Origin: a virus
Taxonomy: Duplodnaviria > Heunggongvirae > Uroviricota > Caudoviricetes
Length of the DNA stretch: 7,350 bases
IMG/VR virus record: IMGVR_UViG_2698536628_000019
Reading direction: 5' to 3' (one strand)
Part shown: in pieces, positions 1 to 4,588 of the stretch
How the letters are laid out: every line of letters begins with the position of its first letter
Numbering within the stretch: the first letter of the stretch is position 1
Position numbers and translations under genes: made by a program
Notes under the pieces: model-generated
What the model saw: the letters and a program-made list of their open reading frames with translations, nothing else
The model's database searches: none
Told to the model about the DNA's origin: nothing

Positions 1-688
1 CTGTTGAATTTTCAGTGTGCTGTTGATTGGCTCTGGCGCGGGCGAGATCAACAACAGACGTGTATTTTCCGGTTTCCTTGCGTTCACCTTCGCGACGTTT
101 TTTCCAGATGCGCATCTCTGCCTGAATTTCGGGCCATTTGGCACCTGGCTTACATTTATGCTTAACCCACCCGATGGCATGCAGCTTAAGCTCCGGATAC
201 ATGGCGTTAACTTCTGGCATTTTCATCAACGCTTCAACGATATGTCCGTCGAATGTTGCCATGTCTTCCTGCAACAGTTCCTGCGCGCTAATCACCATAT
301 CAACGGTGATGTTTTCACATGTGTCGAACTTAACCATGACAGCGTTCTGTACTTCAGGGGCCAGCTTGTCAAAAGTGACGTTTATCGGATCTGATTCAGT
401 CTCAACCGGGACAAAGGAAGCAGACTCCTCATCCCAGCGGTTTTCCTGCATATATTCAGCATCCCAGGAATCGAGGGCAGGGCGGGGAATACCGGGTTTA
501 TCCTCGCAAACAAGAAATTTATAAGCGCAGTCCTGAGCAGCCGGATAATGTTCCAGGAATTGCCAGTGAAATTTTGCGCGGGCGCGACGTTCATCACCGG
601 CTTCAATGGCAGTGGCTACAGCGACTGCACCTTCTTCCTTTATTGCCTGTTCGTCCGGAATGGCGGCGCAAATAAAGACTTTACTCAT
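1..688 (-). CDS. Uncharacterised prophage protein, N-terminal ~229 aa (C-terminus lies beyond the window start); positionally equivalent to the gene after ydfD in dicB-type operons
   Basis: Hand reverse-complement translation gives an uninterrupted frame from ATG at 686-688 down to position 2 (MSKVFICAAIPDEQAIKEEGAVAVATAIEAGDERRARAKFHWQFLEHYP...VVDLARARANQQHTENST). GAGGT Shine-Dalgarno-like motif ~9 nt upstream. Absent from the ORF track, presumably because it has no stop inside the window. Track ORFs 17-394, 138-524, 548-769 (+) and 382-606 (-) are antisense or out of frame to it. Confidence 0.6.
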   Translation of the reverse strand, partial: MSKVFICAAIPDEQAIKEEGAVAVATAIEAGDERRARAKFHWQFLEHYPAAQDCAYKFLVCEDKPGIPRPALDSWDAEYMQENRWDEESASFVPVETESDPINVTFDKLAPEVQNAVMVKFDTCENITVDMVISAQELLQEDMATFDGHIVEALMKMPEVNAMYPELKLHAIGWVKHKCKPGAKWPEIQAEMRIWKKRREGERKETGKYTSVVDLARARANQQHTENST

Positions 689-782
689 TTTGTTTTACCT
701 CATTACAGATTTCAGGGTGAACGAATCCCTGCCATTGCTGGCATTTTTAATCCGTTGGTATGGTGTTAATATGGCTGGAGGG

Positions 783-950
783 TTATCCAGCCGGTGTTTC
801 GTTATTCAGGTACAGCGATACTTTTTTTACCGGGAGGCATTCACCAGAAATTTTTTGCTCGTCTCTTGCCTGGAGGCAGGATTCTTTACTGGCATAAATT
901 CCGGTAATCACATTCTGTGATTCACCCGTTATAAGAAAAACCGTCATCAT
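783..950 (-). CDS. ydfD: YdfD-like small protein (55 aa), family reported as a prophage lysis/cell-wall-interfering protein
   Basis: Hand translation, codon by codon: MMTVFLITGESQNVITGIYASKESCLQARDEQKISGECLPVKKVSLYLNNETPAG, stop TAA at 783-785 (rc). Resembles my recollection of E. coli YdfD (TVFLVSGEP...QEC...EQKIPGNCYPVDKV...IEIPAG pattern) and sits 17 nt downstream of the DicB-like stop. Below the track length cut-off. Weak SD and tandem ATG ATG start lower confidence. Confidence 0.5.
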   Translation of the reverse strand: MMTVFLITGESQNVITGIYASKESCLQARDEQKISGECLPVKKVSLYLNNETPAG

Positions 951-967
951 CAGTGCAAATGCTGAAG

Positions 968-1096
968 TTATTGACGTTCTCCGAAAATACCAAGTTCAAG
1001 AAGAGCAATTCGGGAAAGTATGGAATTATCATTGAGCAGATAAGGCTCATATTTCCTCATATTAATGGCATCTTCAGTAAACTCCCGGTTACTGAG
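968..1096 (-). CDS. dicB: DicB-like cell-division inhibitor, C-terminal 42 codons only; 5' end lost in the N-run
   Basis: Reverse-complement frame ending in TAA at 968-970 reads ...LSNREFTEDAINMRKYEPYLLNDNSILSRIALLELGIFGERQ. This aligns without gaps to the recalled C-terminal 38 aa of E. coli DicB (VFTEDAINKRKQERELLNKICIVSMLARLRLMPKGCAQ). The expected ~20 N-terminal codons would fall inside 1097-1200. Directly downstream of the DicF homolog, as in the Qin dicB operon. Confidence 0.6.
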   Translation of the reverse strand, partial: LSNREFTEDAINMRKYEPYLLNDNSILSRIALLELGIFGERQ

Positions 1097-1200
1097 NNNN
1101 NNNNNNNNNNNNNNNNNNNNNNNNNNNNNNNNNNNNNNNNNNNNNNNNNNNNNNNNNNNNNNNNNNNNNNNNNNNNNNNNNNNNNNNNNNNNNNNNNNNN
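1097..1200. other. Assembly gap: 104 consecutive N
   Basis: Run of n from 1097 to 1200. True length unknown. Interrupts the DicB-like CDS and the DicF-DicB spacer. Track ORFs 953-1204 and 1065-1283 are artefacts of translating N. Confidence 0.99.
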
Positions 1201-1253
1201 TTAACTGTTCCGCGTGCGCTGAGCCGCATTCACCGCATCACAAAATTCACTTT

Positions 1254-1311
1254 AAAAAGGGCGGCAGAGCAGCCACGGAGTAAAACTGATACCGCCAAAC
1301 GTCACCAGAAA
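1254..1311 (-). ncRNA. dicF: DicF-type small regulatory RNA (Hfq-dependent sRNA processed from the dicB operon transcript) with 3' intrinsic terminator
   Basis: Minus-strand sequence tttctggtgacgtttggcggtatcagttttactccgtggctgctctgccgccc followed by ttttt matches the E. coli DicF sequence as I recall it, with about one mismatch. The GGCGG...CCGCC stem plus U-tract forms its terminator. Flanked by YdfC-like upstream and DicB-like downstream, the canonical order. Not verified by alignment. Confidence 0.75.
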
Positions 1312-1652
1312 ATTGATAACAGAGGGCGTTGCAGCGGGGTTGTCACTTAAGCGTATGGTCAACCTGACAACCCGGTGTCCTCAACTGGGGAAGGAATAAC
1401 CCCGCCATACTTACCGCCGCGCCATTTCGCGGATTGCCACAACCGGAAGCGCACGGTCGACGAAAATTTAACGACAGGCTATCTATGAACCAGCTACCTC
1501 GCCGTGCGCTTTCGCGTTATGGTCTGACTTTTCAGGGAAATATCCTTTCAGTAAACTGTCAGTGCCGGATGCTCACCCGTGTCCGGCGCACGCACTCCAC
1601 CTCACCCGTGGAGAACTCCTTAATTACCAACCTTAGCTTCGTTGGTTAGCTA

Positions 1653-1871
1653 TTAACGCGGGTATGTAATCATTCTGGCAATGCTTAATGCCGCTGCTTT
1701 TTCCAGATTGGTGATATCCTGCTCCAGAGCGGACAGATTTTCAGCCTGCTTAGCCCTGGCTTCATTGGCCCATTTCAGGTCCTGCGCTGCCTTAATTTTC
1801 TGGTGCATCCACTCATAAAGTTCATCATCGGTATAGTCTGGCGCGATGATGACGGGTTCTCGTTTCTGCAT
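1653..1871 (-). CDS. YdfC-like small protein (72 aa), predicted coiled-coil, dicB-operon member
   Basis: Track ORF 1653-1871 (-), MQKREPVIIAPDYTDDELYEWMHQKIKAAQDLKWANEARAKQAENLSALEQDITNLEKAAALSIARMITYPR. Strong SD AAGGAG 5 nt upstream of the ATG (rc of 1872-1886). Size and position upstream of dicF match ydfC of Qin-type prophages; name assigned by position and length only. Confidence 0.7.
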   Translation of the reverse strand: MQKREPVIIAPDYTDDELYEWMHQKIKAAQDLKWANEARAKQAENLSALEQDITNLEKAAALSIARMITYPR

Positions 1872-1942
1872 GTCGGCTCCTTGTGGTTAGCGCTGCCTGC
1901 TTTTAACCACGTCAGGCGAGGTGGTATCCTCTGAGGGGTCTG

Positions 1943-2299
1943 TTACTCGAGAGGAAATTGGTTATGAATACAATCAAGTTTTCTTGCCCAGAATGTGGTG
2001 GCGAAGTCTTTGACACATCCTTTAAACCGCATGGCTCTGACAGTTTCGCGGGAGCCATCTGCAAAAATTGTGGTCACCTTGTAACTGAAGATGAGTCCTC
2101 GCAGTTTGATGACGAAATCGTTGACAATATCTTCGGTGCACTCACCAGAGACTTTCTGAAGTAAAGGCGCATACCGCTTAGTTACCGCTCTGATAATTCT
2201 TACCTGTCCGGCAATGGCGCTGATATCAATATAAAGCGCCATCGCTGTTTCTTTGCTGATCCCTGGATGCCTTCCATTCTGATGTTTGACTTCGCCCAC
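1943..2299 (-). CDS. Alternative antisense ORF (118 aa, GTG start), probably a shadow ORF
   Basis: Track ORF 1943-2299 (-). GTG start with AGAGGA ~8 nt upstream and correct orientation for the left operon, but it contains five rare Arg codons (AGG/AGA/CGA) and no recognisable family features. Listed only because orientation fits the operon. Confidence 0.2.
   Translation of the reverse strand: MGEVKHQNGRHPGISKETAMALYIDISAIAGQVRIIRAVTKRYAPLLQKVSGECTEDIVNDFVIKLRGLIFSYKVTTIFADGSRETVRAMRFKGCVKDFATTFWARKLDCIHNQFPLE
1964..2164 (+). CDS. Small zinc-ribbon protein (66 aa, CxxC-x25-CxxC, acidic C-terminus), function unknown
   Basis: Track ORF 1958-2164 (+). Most plausible start is ATG 1964 with GAGGAAA SD at 1951-1957, spacing 6. 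Two CxxC pairs (CPECGG ... CKNCGH). Codon usage looks ordinary. Overlapped in antisense by the 118-aa ORF 1943-2299, so one of the two is probably not real. Confidence 0.45.
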   Translation: MNTIKFSCPECGGEVFDTSFKPHGSDSFAGAICKNCGHLVTEDESSQFDDEIVDNIFGALTRDFLK

Positions 2300-2480
2300 T
2301 GAGAAATCCTCTGTTTCCCCTTAACGCCGGGGTAGCGGAACAAAAAACCTGCTGCATAGTTAAACGTAATCCCCGCCGTCATGTTCATACGCCTCAGGCT
2401 GGCTACTTAACCCCTGACCACTGCCGGGTAACTCGAAGTATTGCCCTGCGTTCTGTGGGGCGGGGTGGGTTTATGGATAC

Positions 2481-2534
2481 AATTTACAAATTAAAATTTA
2501 ACTGGTCAACATGTTTATTATTAAATTTGTAATT
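2481..2534 (-). promoter_or_regulatory. Putative leftward (dicB-operon-type) promoter flanked by inverted operator-like half-sites
   Basis: On the minus strand: -35 TTGACC (plus 2504-2509) and -10 TAAATT (plus 2481-2486), 17-bp spacer. Inverted half-sites ACAAATT (2486-2492) and AATTTGT (2524-2530) bracket it. The 14-mer TTAAATTTGTAATT (2521-2534) is identical to 3762-3775 in the repressor/cro intergenic region. Promoter call is by eye against sigma-70 consensus. Confidence 0.4.
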
Positions 2535-2542
2535 GCGGGCTG

Positions 2543-2571
2543 TTGCATCAGTCCCAAAATGGGACTACTAT
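2543..2571 (+). promoter_or_regulatory. Putative higBA promoter with palindromic operator in the spacer
   Basis: -35 TTGCAT (2543-2548), 17-bp spacer, -10 TACTAT (2566-2571). Perfect inverted repeat AGTCCCA-AAA-TGGGACT at 2550-2566 lies within the spacer/-10. No SD upstream of ATG 2578, and the predicted transcription start falls at or near the ATG. Confidence 0.4.
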
Positions 2572-2577
2572 ACAGTT

Positions 2578-2880
2578 ATGAAGATTATCTCAGTTAAAAC
2601 ACTCAGGGATTTTTGGGCGGAGAATCCTGATGCAGAACAACCGCTAAGGGCATGGGTGGATGAGGCGGCAAAAGCTGACTGGAAAAGCCCAGCAGACATT
2701 AAGGCACAATACCGAACGGCCAGTATATTGAAAAACCGGCGCGTGGTATTCAACATAAAAGGTAATCATTACCGTTTAATTGTTGCAATTGCGTATCAGC
2801 GAGGATGGGTATTTGTTAAATTCATCGGAAACCACAAGGAATACGATGCTATTGATGCTGATACCATCGAACTGGAGTAA
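2578..2880 (+). CDS. higB: Type II toxin, HigB family (RelE/ParE-fold mRNA interferase), 100 aa
   Basis: Track ORF 2533-2880 begins at TTG; first ATG in frame is 2578 (MKIISVKTLRDFWAENPD...). C-terminal segment VVFNIKGNHYRLIVAIAYQRGWVFVKFIGNHKEYD matches the recalled E. coli HigB/YgjN motif (VFNVGGNELRVVAMVFF...HKEYD). Toxin-first order with antitoxin 2 nt downstream. Confidence 0.8.
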   Translation: MKIISVKTLRDFWAENPDAEQPLRAWVDEAAKADWKSPADIKAQYRTASILKNRRVVFNIKGNHYRLIVAIAYQRGWVFVKFIGNHKEYDAIDADTIELE

Positions 2881-2882
2881 GC

Positions 2883-3242
2883 ATGAACATCAAACCTATT
2901 CGTACAGAGCAAGATTATGAAGCCGCGTTGCGTGCTGTTGAACCCATGTTCGACAATGAGCCCGAAATTGACACGCCTGAGGGGGATTTTTTTGAGGTGA
3001 TGTGTTTGCTAATAGAGGAATATGAAAAAAAACATTATCCCATTGAGCCACCATCCCCAATTGAAGCTATAAGATTTCGCATGGAACAGCAGGGGCTGAC
3101 TGTGAAAGATTTGGAACCCGCAATTGGGAAAAAAAATCGGGTTTATGAGGTGTTGAATGGTACCAGAAGCCTTACGTTACCAATGATTCGCCGTCTTCAT
3201 AATCAATTTGGTATCCCCCTGGAAAGCCTGGTTGGATTATAA
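2883..3242 (+). CDS. higA: Type II antitoxin, HigA family (C-terminal XRE-type HTH), 119 aa
   Basis: Track ORF 2883-3242. SD GGAG at 2873-2876. C-terminal HTH region GLTVKDLEPAIGKKNRVYEVLNGTRSLTLPMIRRLHNQFGIPLESL resembles recalled E. coli HigA/YgjM. Starts 2 nt after the higB stop. Confidence 0.8.
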   Translation: MNIKPIRTEQDYEAALRAVEPMFDNEPEIDTPEGDFFEVMCLLIEEYEKKHYPIEPPSPIEAIRFRMEQQGLTVKDLEPAIGKKNRVYEVLNGTRSLTLPMIRRLHNQFGIPLESLVGL

Positions 3243-3258
3243 AATCTGCTAGTCATTT

Positions 3259-3306
3259 GCCTGATGCTCGTTCCAGAAAAGGAATGCATCAGGCAGTTTT
3301 GTTTTT
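3259..3306 (+). terminator. Rho-independent terminator for higBA, overlapping the stop codon of the convergent repressor gene
   Basis: Stem GCCTGATGC (3259-3267) / GCATCAGGC (3286-3294) with an internal UUCC/GGAA extension, then U-tract AGTTTTGTTTTTC (3295-3307). The minus-strand repressor stop codon (rc of 3289-3291) lies inside the right arm. Confidence 0.6.
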
Positions 3307-3681
3307 CTGCCGCAGTAACTCTTCAAGTTTCCGTTTATAGAAATCGCGTTTTTGCTCCATATCACGAATGATCTGCTCTGCGTCGCTTTGAGGTAACTCA
3401 TCTAAAAGCGATATGATTTTTCGTTGTTGTTCTGTAAGTTGCGGTTGGTTGTCATTACTGGATACAGCCATTTTATCGCCGAGAGTTTCTTCTTCCATAA
3501 AGAACCAATGGACGGGATGTTGTGAGAGCTCTGCTAATTTTTCCAGTTTATCCATTCTTGGCATCACGCCTTTCAACCAACCTTGCACGGATTGGGGTTT
3601 TACACCAAGACGTCTTCCCAGCTCTGACTGGTTTATATTCAATTCCTGCAACACCTGCTGAAGGCGTTTTACAAAGATCAT
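3289..3681 (-). CDS. DicA-like prophage repressor (XRE-family HTH with C-terminal helical domain), ~130 aa
   Basis: Track ORF 3289-3687 starts at GTG; likely start is ATG 3681 (MIFVKRLQQVLQELNINQSELGRRLGVKPQSVQGWLKG...), with GAGGGG SD upstream. N-terminal HTH and a C-terminal segment (LTEQQRKIISLLDELPQSDAEQ...KRKLEELLRQ) resembling recalled DicA (LSPKELELLELFNALPESEQDTQ...NKLFEELLKARQ). Divergent from a Cro-like gene. Confidence 0.8.
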   Translation of the reverse strand: MIFVKRLQQVLQELNINQSELGRRLGVKPQSVQGWLKGVMPRMDKLEKLAELSQHPVHWFFMEEETLGDKMAVSSNDNQPQLTEQQRKIISLLDELPQSDAEQIIRDMEQKRDFYKRKLEELLRQKNKTA

Positions 3682-3687
3682 CACCAC

Positions 3688-3807
3688 CCCTCGTAAACTA
3701 GTTCCGCGATCCTACAGAAAAAATTGATAAGTGGCATTACAAATAGAAGTTGAAATTTAAATTTAAATTTGTAATTATCGGTGTCATCGTAAAGTTCGGA
3801 GGGAAAC
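3688..3807. promoter_or_regulatory. Repressor/cro intergenic switch region: divergent promoters with operator-like inverted repeats
   Basis: 9-bp inverted repeat ATTACAAAT (3735-3743) / ATTTGTAAT (3766-3774) separated by 22 bp. Tandem AAATTT x3 (3752-3769). Rightward candidate promoter TTGAAA (3749-3754), 17 bp, AATTAT (3772-3777). GGAGGG SD before ATG 3808. Confidence 0.55.
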
Positions 3808-4068
3808 ATGCAAAAAAGTACTCAAGTGAAAATCCTGTCAATAATGAGCCAATCAGAATTAGGGCGTCGTCTTGGTAAAACACCGCAAACCATAAGTGGG
3901 TGGTTTAAAAAACGAGTGCCAGCGGAGGAGGTTATACCAGCATGTGAGGCGCTTGACTGGGGAGTAACTCCGCATGAATTGCGCCCTGATAAATACCCTA
4001 ATCCAACCGATGGTTTACCTGTTGAGTATCAGGCTAACGCACAAGCAGCGGCGGGAGTTGATTCATGA
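3808..4068 (+). CDS. Cro-like HTH regulator, YdaS/DicC family (86 aa)
   Basis: Track ORF 3808-4068. HTH segment SQSELGRRLGKTPQTISGWFKKRVP and ...GVTPHELRPD resemble recalled YdaS (Rac) / DicC (Qin). Divergent from the repressor. ATGA overlap with the next gene. Confidence 0.8.
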   Translation: MQKSTQVKILSIMSQSELGRRLGKTPQTISGWFKKRVPAEEVIPACEALDWGVTPHELRPDKYPNPTDGLPVEYQANAQAAAGVDS

Positions 4069-4502
4069 AAATCAAGCATGAGCACATCCGCATGGCGATG
4101 AATGCGTGGCTGCTTTATCCGAGGGTAGGGCGCAAAAAAATCGCTGATGATATAGCGACAGCATATTTTGAGCTTGAAATGACTTATCCACCAATGCATG
4201 ACACCTCTACGACAGAGGGTATTGGATTGAACATACAAAATATTTTTCGCTGGCTTGAAAAGGATACGCCTGATGCTGTTGAAAAAATTCAGGCACTAAT
4301 TCCAGCTATCCTGACTGTTCTTCCGCGTGAACTGCGTTATCACCTCAGTATTTTTGACACTGTTGAGCGCCGTGCATTACTGGCGGCCCAGGAAGCGTTG
4401 AGCACGGCAATTGATGCGCATGATGATGCAGTCCAGGCAGTTTACCGGAAAGCGTATTTCAGCGACGGCGGGTCATCCGGCGAGTCTGTTGTGGTGCATT
4501 GA
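4065..4502 (+). CDS. ydaT: YdaT-like protein (CII-like regulator family, 145 aa)
   Basis: Track ORF 4065-4502. Starts MKIKHEHI... and carries the segment KIQALIPAILTVLPRELRYHLSIFDTVERRALLAAQEALSTAIDAHDDAVQAVYRKA, which I recognise from Rac-prophage YdaT. Translationally coupled to the Cro-like gene (start overlaps stop). Confidence 0.75.
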   Translation: MKIKHEHIRMAMNAWLLYPRVGRKKIADDIATAYFELEMTYPPMHDTSTTEGIGLNIQNIFRWLEKDTPDAVEKIQALIPAILTVLPRELRYHLSIFDTVERRALLAAQEALSTAIDAHDDAVQAVYRKAYFSDGGSSGESVVVH

Positions 4503-4588
4503 TATTTATGCCAGACCCCTGCTGATTCTGTTGATTGGGGAATCACAGAATATCACCAGAGGATGGTTCGTCACAAGATGAGGCAATT

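Noticed and set aside
17-920. Plus-strand track ORFs 17-394, 138-524, 548-769, 606-920 and minus ORF 382-606
   Set aside because: All overlap the continuous minus-strand frame 2-688 or the YdfD-like gene, in antisense or alternate frame. None has a convincing RBS and the compositions are odd. Treated as shadow ORFs.
953-1283. Track ORFs 953-1204 and 1065-1283 containing runs of X
   Set aside because: They exist only because N translates to X across the assembly gap; the real coding strand here is minus (DicB-like).
1320-1450. Possible tRNA or tmRNA-like element suggested by GC-rich inverted repeats
   Set aside because: No cloverleaf can be drawn: no acceptor stem pairing and no GTTC-type T-loop. 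Only a single long-loop hairpin is present.
1434-1649. Plus-strand ORF of 71 aa in the ydfC-dicF spacer
   Set aside because: TTG start, no SD, Arg-rich low-complexity translation. The region is better explained as structured non-coding RNA.
2200-2388. Minus-strand ORF of 62 aa
   Set aside because: Trp/Arg-rich translation with no family features and no SD. It lies in the putative leader of the leftward transcript.
2568-2756. Minus-strand ORF antisense to higB
   Set aside because: Fully inside higB on the opposite strand; Cys/Ser-rich nonsense-like translation.
2544-3292. 8-bp direct repeat TGCATCAG at 2544-2551 and 3285-3292 flanking higBA, considered as a target-site duplication
   Set aside because: An 8-mer match at this distance can occur by chance, and both copies are already explained by functional elements (promoter -35 and terminator stem). 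No transposase or integrase is present.
3413-3661. Plus-strand ORF antisense to the repressor gene
   Set aside because: Shadow ORF inside the well-supported repressor CDS.
3752-3769. AAATTT x3 tandem considered as a CRISPR or microsatellite repeat
   Set aside because: Only 18 bp, no spacers, no cas genes. It fits an AT-rich promoter spacer/operator better.
4029-4238. Minus-strand ORF antisense to the YdaS/YdaT junction
   Set aside because: Overlaps two coupled plus-strand genes; no RBS.
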